From Trypanosoma brucei (Eukaryota): DNA of 64,000 bases. This document shows, one piece after another, positions 1-10,323 of the stretch. The first letter of the stretch is position 1, and each line of letters begins with the position of its first letter. Below the pieces are notes generated by a model. That model saw nothing but the letters and a program-made list of their open reading frames with translations. It was not told the origin of the DNA and did no database searches. The stretch spans positions 2,464,001 to 2,528,000 of the forward strand of contig CM000208.1 in assembly GCA_000002445.1 (NCBI GenBank), written 5' to 3'. Position numbers and translations under genes: made by a program.

Positions 1-1097
1 AACGAACTGCAGCACAAAAGCGGTCAAGGTCTGACCACACTGCTGTTGTCTCGGTTGACCCAAGCGTTCTGAAGGCTCGTGCTTCATCTCTAGGTGAGCG
101 CATCGTTGGTGCCGCTGGCCCTTCCTTCGAGCCGTATACGGCTCCACCCTCGTGGAAGATGGCCAAAGTGTTGGTAGGCCACCGAGGCTGGGTGTGGGGT
201 GCTGCAGTAGATCCTAGCAATTCGTGGTTCGCTACAGGAGGCGGGGATGGCGTAGTTAAAGTCTGGGATCTGACCACCGGTGCGCTTAAGCTCAACCTTA
301 CTGGGCATAAGGAAGGTGTCAGAGCCCTCTCGCTCAGCACATTGTCACCGTACATGTTTACTGGTAGTGATGATCACTCGGTGAAGTGTTGGGACCTTGA
401 ACGCAACGAAATCATACGCGATTTCCACGGCCACAAAGGCTCCGTTCACTGTGTAAGCACACACCCATCGCTTGATATTGTGCTTAGCGGTGGCCGGGAT
501 AAGACCGTGCGGGTGTGGGATGTCCGTACACGCTCCTGCGTCCACCTACTGTTAGGCCACAGCGACAGTGTAATGTCCCTTGCTGTTCAGCAGGAGGATC
601 CGCAAGCGATATCTGGAGGTAGTGACGGAATGGTTTATCTGTGGGACATAGCTTCAGGTCGCGCCTTCACCCGACTCACAAGGCACAAGAAACCTGTACG
701 TGGGCTGGCACTGAGTCGGCAGAGAGTATTAGTTTCGTGTGGAGCTGACAACATTCGCGTATGGTCACTACCAACGGGGGAGTTTCTTTTCAACGCCTCC
801 ACACTGGATAACGGCAAGGAAACGAAGAAGGAGAAGGAGCAGGAACCGCAGCGTTGGAGTTGTTGTAGCGTCAGCCCGCGGAATGTGCTGGCGGTGGGAA
901 GCCAAGAAGGAAGGCTTTTGTTCTTTGACTGGTCACATCCACAGCAGGGGCCGTACCAGGCGACAAAAACGCGGTCCGTACCTGGTACTCTACCAGGGGA
1001 GGGCGGAATTAACGGCCTTGCATTCGACGCCTCCGGATCGCGATTGATTACGGCGGAAAGCGACAAGAGTGCTAAGGTGTGGCGCACGAAGGAGTAA
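1..1097 (+). CDS. WD40-repeat spliceosomal protein, PRP46/PLRG1 (pleiotropic regulator 1) homolog; 5' end truncated by the window edge. The frame is open from nt 3, and the first ATG at 159 is internal.
   Basis: Translation aligns along its length to human PLRG1 from memory (…GHxGWV…AVxPxNxWFxTG…VKxWDL…G…LKLxLTGH…VRxxxxSxxSPYxFxxxxDxxVKCWDLExNxxIRxxHGH…). It has seven WD motifs and ends with …AKVWRTKE then a stop. The reading frame is continuously open from nt 3 to 1097. Confidence 0.8.
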   Translation, partial: RTAAQKRSRSDHTAVVSVDPSVLKARASSLGERIVGAAGPSFEPYTAPPSWKMAKVLVGHRGWVWGAAVDPSNSWFATGGGDGVVKVWDLTTGALKLNLTGHKEGVRALSLSTLSPYMFTGSDDHSVKCWDLERNEIIRDFHGHKGSVHCVSTHPSLDIVLSGGRDKTVRVWDVRTRSCVHLLLGHSDSVMSLAVQQEDPQAISGGSDGMVYLWDIASGRAFTRLTRHKKPVRGLALSRQRVLVSCGADNIRVWSLPTGEFLFNASTLDNGKETKKEKEQEPQRWSCCSVSPRNVLAVGSQEGRLLFFDWSHPQQGPYQATKTRSVPGTLPGEGGINGLAFDASGSRLITAESDKSAKVWRTKE

Positions 1098-1403
1098 ATT
1101 CGAGTAGCAAAGCACTGGAACCCGAAAGGTTCACTTCACGTGCGAAGCTGTTGCGGTAAGAAAGGGAACGCGCCCACATGCTAATATCTTCACCGTCATT
1201 TCAATACACTAATTTGGGAGTGCTTTGTTATTACCCTGTTTCGGGAATTACCCTACTTGCCTCCACCTCCATAACAATCTTCTAGGACTGTCCGAAGGCT
1301 GTGGTGTGTTGGAGCGTAGGGAAGGTGTAAGGTAAAGGTTGAGACAGAAAGGAGACGCATTACCCCCAATACCACACGTTTATCGTGTTAGGTTCGACTG
1401 AGC

Positions 1404-2306
1404 ATGGGCGCTGCGGATTCGCCTGACTTACTGCGTGTCCTGGTAGTTGGGCATACGGGAGTTGGGAAAACGTTGTTTCTTCAGCGGCTGCACCGATCCA
1501 CGGTAGAGAGGAGAGAAGGTCCTCTGCGTGCACGGGGGCATACCGTTGGCTTCAACGTGGAGGTGATCAGCACACACCGGGAAAATAAATTCGGTTCCTC
1601 GACCCACGTAAGCGACAATGAGCGCCACATTGCGTTCGTGGAAGTTGGAGGCAACCGTAATTTTGGTCGCAGCGGCCATTTCCCCCTTAGTTTAATGACT
1701 TTCCACGGCGTGATATTTGTATATGACCACCACAATATTGAGAGTGCAACGGATTTGATGTACTGGTACGAGTACCTGAAGGGCTACGGTGCCGTAGGGA
1801 GTGGCGGCACTGCAAGGGTAATGTTAGTCGAGACAACACATATTCCTTTGACAGACGACCCGTCCTCCGCGGCCCGGGTGCTTCCAGACGAACTTCTGGG
1901 GAGCTACTTGCAAGAAAGTATCAAGAAGGCTCCCACATTTCGTGAAAAGATGTGCCACACCGTGCGGTCCCTGTTTAGACGTTGCGCGAGCGTGAGTCGA
2001 CTTTCCGTCACGGACTTTCAACCCCAGTATCTTCGCTTTCTCCCCCGTGTTGCTGTGTTTCTGCATCAGCTAATGTCCATTGTGGAGAATTTGCTGCTCT
2101 TTATTATGGCCGTTACACTTTTCGGCCCAGGGCAAAAGTCTGTTTCCTTTTGCCCTCCGTCAGTGTCCGCCGCACTACGAACGATTGAAGATGATGCGAG
2201 CGGCACCCGGACGCTGAAGCAGTGTCCCTTGTACGATCAGGGGTTGTTTGAGGCAACGGCGCTTGAGGAGGTGTTAAGTTTCTTGGGCTCGCTGAGGTCC
2301 GCGTAA
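1404..2306 (+). CDS. Divergent P-loop small-GTPase-like protein (Ras/Rab-like fold, degenerate switch motifs)
   Basis: N-terminal LRVLVVGHTGVGKTLFLQRL matches a G1/Walker A motif (GxxxxGKT). No canonical DxxGQ or NKxD motifs are visible downstream. A 300-aa ORF lies in a coding-dense + strand block. Confidence 0.45.
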   Translation: MGAADSPDLLRVLVVGHTGVGKTLFLQRLHRSTVERREGPLRARGHTVGFNVEVISTHRENKFGSSTHVSDNERHIAFVEVGGNRNFGRSGHFPLSLMTFHGVIFVYDHHNIESATDLMYWYEYLKGYGAVGSGGTARVMLVETTHIPLTDDPSSAARVLPDELLGSYLQESIKKAPTFREKMCHTVRSLFRRCASVSRLSVTDFQPQYLRFLPRVAVFLHQLMSIVENLLLFIMAVTLFGPGQKSVSFCPPSVSAALRTIEDDASGTRTLKQCPLYDQGLFEATALEEVLSFLGSLRSA

Positions 2307-2634
2307 CCTTGTGAGCTTTGCATAATTCCCCTCAGCCGCTTCATTTGTTCATCACTTCCCGTGGCTTCCAGGTCAAGTTGTTGGCGCTGCGCAGCATGCC
2401 GCTAACCGAAGTAAAGCTTTGTCGCTGTTGAGTTATCCAGGGGGCAAGTTGCTATGCGAATTTTTTTTTTACGCTTTCCCTTTTTGCACTCCTTCGACAG
2501 CTGCCGTTAAACAATAATAGCGATAGGGCAAGGAAGGGGACGAATCAGGTTTTTAGTTTTCCACTCAGGGAGGATCTTTGTCTGTACTTGAACGTTGTTG
2601 GGCACTGACCCCAGCACAGTAAAAAGTTGGTGTA

Positions 2635-5175
2635 ATGGCTGATCCCATCGCTGTTAACTTCAGGCGAGCGCGCTTTCCCAACACACCACCAGCGCAGTTA
2701 CTCACGGTTATTGTGTCGTACAGACGAGGATGTGCTCCGCTCGCCCTTTTGGCGGTCAGCCCCACAGCGCGACGGGCGGTGGAAGAGACCGGATGCGCAA
2801 TTGGTGGACTTCGTGTCATCCATAAAAACAATGACGTAAAGAAATGTGATGATGTGCGTTTTGTAGCCCCGGAAGAATTGGAGTTGGCCGCAAGTAACAA
2901 GCAAAGTCTCCAGTCTGCGGTATTTGGGTTGTGGTGGTACAAACGCTACCCGTTCACATCACTTGTGGTCGATCACGCAGGAAAGGAGAACATGCCTCTT
3001 ATAATCCGACTCAAAAAGGCACTGAACATTAAGAAGATGGTAATACTCAAGTCTGCGGTAACAAATGAAATGATGCACATCGTTTCTATGGCCCGTGATC
3101 TTGAGTCACTAACAGTACGCAACTGCTTTAGTGAGTCAGAGGCGAGCCTGTGCAGTGTGACGTCCATTCTCAACAGCCGTGCAACGAACAGGCGAGATGC
3201 GAGAACGTTTTATCTATCCGGTGTAACAAGTTTGGGGGTTTTAAGGTGCCTACGAAGCCTCACCTTGTTCGCAACACCGCTCAGTAATCAAATCATGTCG
3301 TACTTTTGCGAATGCACAAATTTGGAACGAGTTGTAGTGGATTCGTGTTGCGGTTTGGTCTCATTGGAGTGTTTTGCTGCTTTACAGCGGCTGACACATC
3401 TATCTGTATTAAATTGTACCATAACCGACGAAGGGTTACCGCCAATTAGCAAGTGTTTTTCACTGCAATATGTGATGCTTGACAACTGTATGAAACTGAG
3501 GAGTCTGAACTGTCTTGGGTCGTTGCGGAACTTGCGAACGCTAATAGTTTCGCGCAACAGGATACCTGAAGAGGGTGTTCAGGGTCTACGAAAGCTACGC
3601 GACTTGGAGGTCCTGCGATTTTCTGTCTTTAATCGTCCCACCGCCGTCGAGTTTATTTCGAGCCTTGGAAGTTTGGTTGAACTTGATCTGAGGGATAACT
3701 GGGTAGGGGACGCAGGTTGCGCCTCTTTCGTTCATTGCAGGCAGCTCCAGCAACTGAAACTTTCCTGCTGCCGCCGCGTATCGGATGTGCGGTGGCTGGC
3801 TGCGCTAACCTGCCTGCGCACGTTGGATCTCTCGCACACAAACGTGAGGAGTCGCTGGCTCGAGTCGCTGAGAGCGTGTCGTTATCTTGTGGAGCTGAAT
3901 GTCGCCTACTGTAGGGATGTAGTGGAAGTTTCGTTTCTTAGTGAGTTGCGTTTGCTGAAGCACTTGGACCTAAGTGGAACGGATATTGGAGAGCAGAATC
4001 TGGACCCCATTGGACGGTGTGAGGGGCTTACGTTCTTGTTGTTAAAAGATTGTAGTTCCGTGAAAGATTTGCACTTCTTGGAGACACTGCGGGAGTTAGT
4101 GAAACTTGACACAGAAAGGACGGGAATTATGGACGCAAACGTCTGCCAAGTGGTAGCGTGCAAAAAACTTGAATTTTTGTCTTTCCGCTACTGCCACCTA
4201 CTGACGGACGTGAAGTGCTTGGAGGGGCTGAGGAATTTGAAGACGCTGGACCTTGCGGGTACCAACGTGACAAACGAGGGAATCTCCTCCCTCCCGAAGT
4301 GTGTGTCGCTAGAGTACGTTGACGTGAGCGAGTGCTGTTTAATCACACACCTCGAGTTTCTGCGGCCACTCCCCAATTTGCAGCAAGTTGTTGCTGACCA
4401 AATGAATTTGACGGATATCGGTGGGTTGACTGGCGCTCCTTCCTTGAGAAGAGTGACCCTAAATGAGTCGAAGCGATTGGGGACGGTGGGCGAGGTGCGA
4501 TTGCCGTACCTGCAGGAACTGTCACTGAGGAAGAGCACTATTTCCAACGCCGGCATTCGCAGTCTTCTGGCATCGTGCCGCTCTTTGCAGCACCTCGACA
4601 TGCAACACTGTCATTCCGTCACCGAACTTAGTGCTCTTTCCCAATTGCCCAACCTCAGAGAACTCCTGCTGAGAAACATAAGAGTGACGGGTGAGTTCAT
4701 GACTCACATCGCCTCGTGTGTGAATTTGAGAAAGCTCCAAATGACTGAATGCGCTGATATAACGGACGTGAATTGCTTGAGCGCACTGCAGTCACTGGAG
4801 GATATCGACCTTTCGAGAACAAGTGTAACAACAGAAGGTATTAAAGGTCTTTCCAAATGTTACGCGTTAAGGAAGTTGAACTTGAGTGAGTGTCGTTACG
4901 TTACCAACGTCAACTGTCTAGGAAAGCTACCCTTTCTTCGGGAACTCCATTTAGAAAAAACAAATGTTACGGACAAGGGTATCGCTGGCTTATCAAATTG
5001 CATCCAGCTGGAAACTCTAGCGCTTACGAAGTGTAGCCGAATCACGAATGTGGAGCGGCTTCATAGCTCTTTGCCCCATCTCGAGGAATTTGATGTTTAC
5101 GGCACGTCAGTTGATAAATTCCACCGATGTCTGGGTGGAAGTCAGCGTACGCAGCATGCTTGCTCAGTTCTTTGA
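2635..5175 (+). CDS. Leucine-rich repeat protein, ESAG8-like LRRP family
   Basis: It has about 25 tandem 23-25-aa units of the form LxxLxxLRxLDLSxTxVTDEGIxxLxxCxxLxxLxLSxCxxITDVNCL. This is the kinetoplastid ESAG8/LRRP-type LRR. Confidence 0.75.
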   Translation: MADPIAVNFRRARFPNTPPAQLLTVIVSYRRGCAPLALLAVSPTARRAVEETGCAIGGLRVIHKNNDVKKCDDVRFVAPEELELAASNKQSLQSAVFGLWWYKRYPFTSLVVDHAGKENMPLIIRLKKALNIKKMVILKSAVTNEMMHIVSMARDLESLTVRNCFSESEASLCSVTSILNSRATNRRDARTFYLSGVTSLGVLRCLRSLTLFATPLSNQIMSYFCECTNLERVVVDSCCGLVSLECFAALQRLTHLSVLNCTITDEGLPPISKCFSLQYVMLDNCMKLRSLNCLGSLRNLRTLIVSRNRIPEEGVQGLRKLRDLEVLRFSVFNRPTAVEFISSLGSLVELDLRDNWVGDAGCASFVHCRQLQQLKLSCCRRVSDVRWLAALTCLRTLDLSHTNVRSRWLESLRACRYLVELNVAYCRDVVEVSFLSELRLLKHLDLSGTDIGEQNLDPIGRCEGLTFLLLKDCSSVKDLHFLETLRELVKLDTERTGIMDANVCQVVACKKLEFLSFRYCHLLTDVKCLEGLRNLKTLDLAGTNVTNEGISSLPKCVSLEYVDVSECCLITHLEFLRPLPNLQQVVADQMNLTDIGGLTGAPSLRRVTLNESKRLGTVGEVRLPYLQELSLRKSTISNAGIRSLLASCRSLQHLDMQHCHSVTELSALSQLPNLRELLLRNIRVTGEFMTHIASCVNLRKLQMTECADITDVNCLSALQSLEDIDLSRTSVTTEGIKGLSKCYALRKLNLSECRYVTNVNCLGKLPFLRELHLEKTNVTDKGIAGLSNCIQLETLALTKCSRITNVERLHSSLPHLEEFDVYGTSVDKFHRCLGGSQRTQHACSVL

Positions 5176-5986
5176 CTACCGACGCGAGACTAAATTTATT
5201 GCACCATGCTGGAGGCATGCGAGCTTGCTTTGAAACCCCTCGCTCCCCCTTCTTTGATATGTCTCTTAGCTGGAAACCCCGGCGTACTCTTGTTAGTTCG
5301 ATGTCGTTTTTTTTTTGTTACCCGTTGCGTTCATAGTTATTTTTTCTCCCCTCTCGCTGCGTGCCTCCTCGGTATGCGGGCAGTACCGTGTACATCAGCG
5401 AGCGTTGCCGGCGTGTAAACGGCAAAGCGGTAATAATCGTGTAGCGACGGTCATTTGATTTATTTCCCCTCCCCCATTTCCAAGCTGCTACGCTAACCTT
5501 TACGTGCATGTGCGTTTAGTTCGCTACGATATCCCCTTCTTCAATGGCCAACTGGCATTCAACCCGACAAAATGCGCGTTCTCGCCTAGTCAGGACGAGT
5601 GGGCGGGTTGCCTCCCCTGTTTTGCTGTTTCCCCTCCCCCTCCCTCTCTTGCCCTAACCCCAATTTAATCCCTTTCTTATCCAACTTAGCCTTGTATTGA
5701 TTTGCCCTCCTTCTTCACTCCTTCTTCCAGTGTAGTTAAGTTGATTCTTCACACAATTTGATCCCTTCAGGCGGGTAGGAAAGATTCTCAGGTCTTCGGA
5801 TTCGTACCGATTAACGCTGAACCCGTGGAGGGTTTAGGTGAGGCAAAGCGGTCAACCAGAGGCGCGGAAACGGAAGGGGGGGGGTCGGTGTGCCATTTTT
5901 TCTGCTGGCGCCCCACGCGGAGGTTTGCACATATATTTTCCTCGTATTGTTGATACTTTTCAGAAGACAGGGGGGAAAGGAGGTGC

Positions 5987-7396
5987 ATGGCCATCACGGT
6001 GCAGCTGGTTCTCGCTTCCACGGGGCATAGCCTTCCAATGACGGTGTATCAGGAAGAGACAACACCCCACACCACCTGTCAACTATCCTCGATCCCTGTG
6101 TTGCGCTCCCAGAAGGTATTCGTATCGGATCTGGTGCTTCTTATACGCAATTGCAGGTCCGCATCGATGGCAGATTGTCACCCCTCATCGGAAGGGTGGA
6201 AGTACATAGAATGCTTTGACTACACGTCGCTGCGGCCGTTGCGACCCAACGAAGCAATAGCGGACAAACAAAAACTTCTGGTCTTCACTCCGCTTTTATT
6301 GAGCGAAGCCCTACTGGAACAATACTCCTCGACTAAGGAACACTCTCATCGTACAAAGTCCAAGGTGGACATGGAAGAGGAGCGCTGGCTCAACCTCAAA
6401 CAGGCGATTGCAGCGCTTGCTGTGCCGCTGAAACTCCATCGAGAACAAATGGAACGGCAGATGGATTTATGCGTGAAGAAAGTTAACGAGACGGCCCCGC
6501 GCTTCCATGCGGCGAAAGAGGGCATAAGCCATGCCTTAGAAAAAATAAAAGACATAAAGGTTTTTAATGACCCCGATTTTTCATTGATAGCCCTTGTAGA
6601 TGCCAGTGAAATTGAGACCGCCGTTGAACAGGGAGAAGTGAAGCTTCAACGAGCGTTAAGGTACCTTAAAGAAGCGCAGACGATGGCACCGAGTGTTTTG
6701 GACGCCATTAGCAAGGAAGTTGAACTTGGAAACAGTATTCAGACAACGTCGGCTTGGCACAGTTACAAAACAACTGAGCAAGCCGATGGCTGCTCAGCCG
6801 TATCTGCGTTGATGCTGGAGGTAAAGCGAAGGGTCGACGCGGTGCGTATGATTTTGACTGATATAACGAAGATCGGGCGAAAACAGTCGGCATGTTCTCG
6901 ATACTGCGATGCTGTGCACTGCCACGTTGTGCAGAAAGAGAATAATTTGCATCAACTGCCGAAAGGGTTGGAGGTTGCACAGAGATTGATGGAGCGCCGG
7001 ATAGTTATGCGGCGCGCCATCCACCGGTTATTGGCGCCACTAGAAGATGAACATCGTTCGCTACAGCAGCATCTCCGCCAGTTCGCTGGAGATTGGGGCG
7101 ACTGCCTTCCCAAGGACCTGTTCGGGGCGGTAGCGGCGCCGCTTCCACCACTGTATCCGGTCGACGACGACGTCGCACAAAAAATGGACCGACACTTCTT
7201 TGATTTGGAAAAGGACGCGACGGAGGAATTTCTCCTCTCCGTCGGTGCCGCATCCGTTGGGCCCTCAGAGCCCTGCGCAGCACTGGAACGCAGACTGCGG
7301 GAAGTGGAAGGAGAGCTGCGGCTATGCAGAGCGGCGCTGAAGGCCACGTCCCGGGAAAAGAACAAGCTCCATACAGGAGGTGAACGGCCGAAGTAG
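5987..7396 (+). CDS. Hypothetical protein with a predicted coiled-coil C-terminus
   Basis: A 469-aa ORF preceded by a long polypyrimidine tract (5600-5730, …cccctccccctccctctcttgccc…ccttcttccag) typical of a trans-splice acceptor. No recognisable domain. Confidence 0.45.
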   Translation: MAITVQLVLASTGHSLPMTVYQEETTPHTTCQLSSIPVLRSQKVFVSDLVLLIRNCRSASMADCHPSSEGWKYIECFDYTSLRPLRPNEAIADKQKLLVFTPLLLSEALLEQYSSTKEHSHRTKSKVDMEEERWLNLKQAIAALAVPLKLHREQMERQMDLCVKKVNETAPRFHAAKEGISHALEKIKDIKVFNDPDFSLIALVDASEIETAVEQGEVKLQRALRYLKEAQTMAPSVLDAISKEVELGNSIQTTSAWHSYKTTEQADGCSAVSALMLEVKRRVDAVRMILTDITKIGRKQSACSRYCDAVHCHVVQKENNLHQLPKGLEVAQRLMERRIVMRRAIHRLLAPLEDEHRSLQQHLRQFAGDWGDCLPKDLFGAVAAPLPPLYPVDDDVAQKMDRHFFDLEKDATEEFLLSVGAASVGPSEPCAALERRLREVEGELRLCRAALKATSREKNKLHTGGERPK

Positions 7397-8486
7397 AAAG
7401 GAACCCCCCTCCCTAACAAATGAAAAAATGCAAACAGAATAGCATTACTCCACCGCAACCGTCAAAGCTTTCCCCGAGGGGCGGTGCTAGCCATATTGCT
7501 TCACATAAATACAAATGCATATATATACATATTTATTTATATTTTTCCCCCTAGTTGTTTGCGTCCCGTTTTGTTGCGGGACATGCCCATCCTTCGGTTA
7601 GAATCAGTTGGTTGCTGTGCAAACCGGGGGCGACAGGGAAGACACGGGGAACGCAGTAATAAAAGGCGCAGTCGCACAATTTGCATGGATGGGTGCTCGT
7701 ATTTCCGCTGTGGTGAGAGGGCTTGGGTAGAGTGAATTTGCCTTTAAAACGTTTTCGCTTTTCTCTCAAGTGGGCACTATTTCCATGTATATGTCAGTGC
7801 TAAATTCCTGTTCACGGTTGGAAATTAACAGGGATTGCCGCATTAGCAACGGAGATGTCGAAAGAGAGATGCAGATCATGTTTTCCCTGTCCCTCCTCGG
7901 AGTGTTGCTTCCCACATACTTTGAGTGTATCATGAGAATGTCACACTATCGTCAGTTTTCTGCATTCAAAGGGTTTAAGGCCGTACAAAAAAAAAAAATC
8001 CACCCGTAGCCGGCGTAAGATTAACTACGTGCAGCTGCGTCTCGATGTAACGTGGAAAAATGGATCGTGGTAGTTTGCGCAACTCTCTTTCCTCAAAAGA
8101 CAGAAGCGGTCGGAAACGCCCAACGAAAACCTCTCATCACAGAGTTTCGTGGAACATCTGAACAGCTGCTGCAAATTCATTTGAGTTGCTGTCTATCTCC
8201 GCCTCTCTGATTCTCATTTACCTGAATATTAGATGTGCAGAACGCACATAAGGCAACGGCACTAAGTAAGCAAGTATAGAATCTCGGAGTTATAAAGACC
8301 GACTGCCGTTGCAACAACGAGCTCCTTCAGCACGCGAATATTTGCGAGAGATGCGGGGCCGAGACTTATCAAATCAAATAAGGGGTAAGCGATCGGCATG
8401 GACAGTAGGCGAATTCCGTACAAAAGCCGTGGCAAAGCACCTTGATGGGCTACGGAAAGTACATGCTGAAGGGGGAAGAAACGAAT

Positions 8487-8523
<37 letters not shown>

Positions 8524-9085
8524 GTGAACGGTTGAGCCCCGCCGGGGGCGTATCGCTAGCGACTCGGCAGTGGTGACACCACCACCTCAACGTGGGCTCA
8601 TGCATTCCGCTACCTCGCATTTTTCGGGGGGGGGGAATCCGGGGGCCGGGAGAGGTTCCACACTCTTATGGGGAACACTGTTTTGAATTCTCCGTCTACG
8701 GCACAACCGCTAACTACGTCCTGTCAGGTCAGCGTTTTCTTCACAGCATTCCCCCCCCCCCGCCCTCCCGTCCTGGAACGAAGACTATCTCGTCGAAATC
8801 CTTATGGCTTTCCTTCCCACGCCATCTTCTTTCGCATTAAGTGCCTCACAGTTGTTCAGCTACCTCAATTTCTTAACCGCATCGAATCTCCTTCCGAGAG
8901 TGCCATTTCCCACTTCTTGACTTACACCTCACCAGACACTGCTATTAACTGAAAAAAAAAAAGTCAAACCCGGTCATTACACACTGTACCAAAAAAAAAA
9001 ATATGAAACGGCTCCCCACCTGAGCGAGAACCCTCATCATTGAATAAAAGCATCATTGAATAAAAGCAAGTGTTGCAAGACCACT
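7397..9085. other. Convergent strand-switch region (+ block meets - block), a likely pol II termination zone
   Basis: The + strand genes end at 7396 and the - strand genes start their 3' ends at 9086. The region is non-coding and low-complexity: (TA)16, a G10 run at about 8625 and a C11 run at about 8750. Confidence 0.6.
8491..8522. repeat. (TA)16 dinucleotide microsatellite
   Basis: A perfect tatata… run is seen directly in the sequence. Confidence 0.95.
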
Positions 9086-10207
9086 TTACACCATCGCAGC
9101 GACAAGCGAAATTACCAACCGAACCCTCCAATCACCATGCGAATGCACCGCCGAGTCCCCAAAAAAATTCTTTTGTCGCTTGTGTGTGAAATTCCCACAC
9201 CTTCTGATCATGTAGTCAAGAAGCCGTTTCCCGCTACCGCTCGTGTCCTTGCTTGTCGTCATATTCTTTTCCTGCAAGCTTTCCAGTGCATCCTCAACCA
9301 CTGCCAGCACCTCCTTGTTGATCTTCTGAAACTCTCCAAAAAGTTTCGCGGTCGATGTCAGGGTCGGCACTGTCTTGGTCGGGTGTTCCTCCCATACGAC
9401 ATCTGAACTGTAAGAACTTCCGCGAACTGTACCCTTTGCTCCAGAGCTGGCTTCCCCGCCCTTCTTAATGCCGAGCATCCCGTCACCCCAGGTAATGTGT
9501 TTTGTTGGCTCGATTTTGTAACCTTTATTACGGGAATCCATGTGCACAAGATAGCCCCCACCATTTCCTCCCTTCGTCAGGTGGCAGTTCGCACCACTGC
9601 TTTCCAGTGGATCGGTGTTGTTAAGCTGCAGTGCTTCATCCAACATGGTTGCAAATTCCTTTCCATCACCATCAAAACCGCCGTCTTCACTAGCCCCAGT
9701 GCCGTCGAAACTTGCCGTCCCAAAGCACCCCGTGAAGTTTTGGCGATCTTTGACACAATAGCTATTGTTATCGTTTCCCCCAATAGGCCCCACGAAAACA
9801 CTTAACATTTCATCCAGTCTCCCCGCAGCTAGTGACGCGGCTGCCACAAGTTTTGTCCCGACGTCCCACAGTTTCTTCACGAGTTTCCTTATCATCGCTT
9901 TCTTCCCTTCAAGGGTATATGTTATAAACACCTTCGCCTTGGTACACTCGAAGCCACTCGAATTACTTCTCAATACCTTCAGTTTCGCATAATTCCCCAT
10001 GTGACTCACCTTTTCCATCATCTTTTCGACCGCCTCCGTCTTAGTCAAAACATATCTGTACACGCCACTCTTCAGCATACGAGATGCACTGCAGATACCT
10101 CGCGCCGCCTCACCGGACAGCGGTCTGTTTGTTTCAGCGCTCCCGAACGAATGCAGCATAAACACCAACGCCACTAGCCCTTTTATTGTCTTCCCCATGG
10201 TTGTCAT
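9086..10207 (-). CDS. PAG4: Procyclin-associated gene family protein (ESAG6/7 transferrin-receptor-like). Fourth PAG of the array, probably PAG4.
   Basis: It has a signal-peptide-like N-terminus, then a conserved core shared with the three upstream paralogs (…AAGRLDEM/F…VF… and GGGY…WGDG… motifs). Its position is last in the EP1-EP2-PAG array. The gene name comes from the published locus order, not from sequence alone. Confidence 0.65.
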   Translation of the reverse strand: MTTMGKTIKGLVALVFMLHSFGSAETNRPLSGEAARGICSASRMLKSGVYRYVLTKTEAVEKMMEKVSHMGNYAKLKVLRSNSSGFECTKAKVFITYTLEGKKAMIRKLVKKLWDVGTKLVAAASLAAGRLDEMLSVFVGPIGGNDNNSYCVKDRQNFTGCFGTASFDGTGASEDGGFDGDGKEFATMLDEALQLNNTDPLESSGANCHLTKGGNGGGYLVHMDSRNKGYKIEPTKHITWGDGMLGIKKGGEASSGAKGTVRGSSYSSDVVWEEHPTKTVPTLTSTAKLFGEFQKINKEVLAVVEDALESLQEKNMTTSKDTSGSGKRLLDYMIRRCGNFTHKRQKNFFGDSAVHSHGDWRVRLVISLVAAMV

Positions 10208-10323
10208 ATCGCTAAAACTAACGCGAAAGGGAAAAAAATGTGATTTATCAACCCCTCTGTTATACTAATTTTCTAGATCTTTCGTGCTAACGTTTGAATA
10301 ATGGAGTAAATCACCGAAAACAT

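Noticed and set aside
7484-8952. Short ORFs in the strand-switch region
   Set aside because: Low-complexity translations (poly-Pro from the C-runs, IYIYIY from the TA repeat). The region is a non-coding termination zone.
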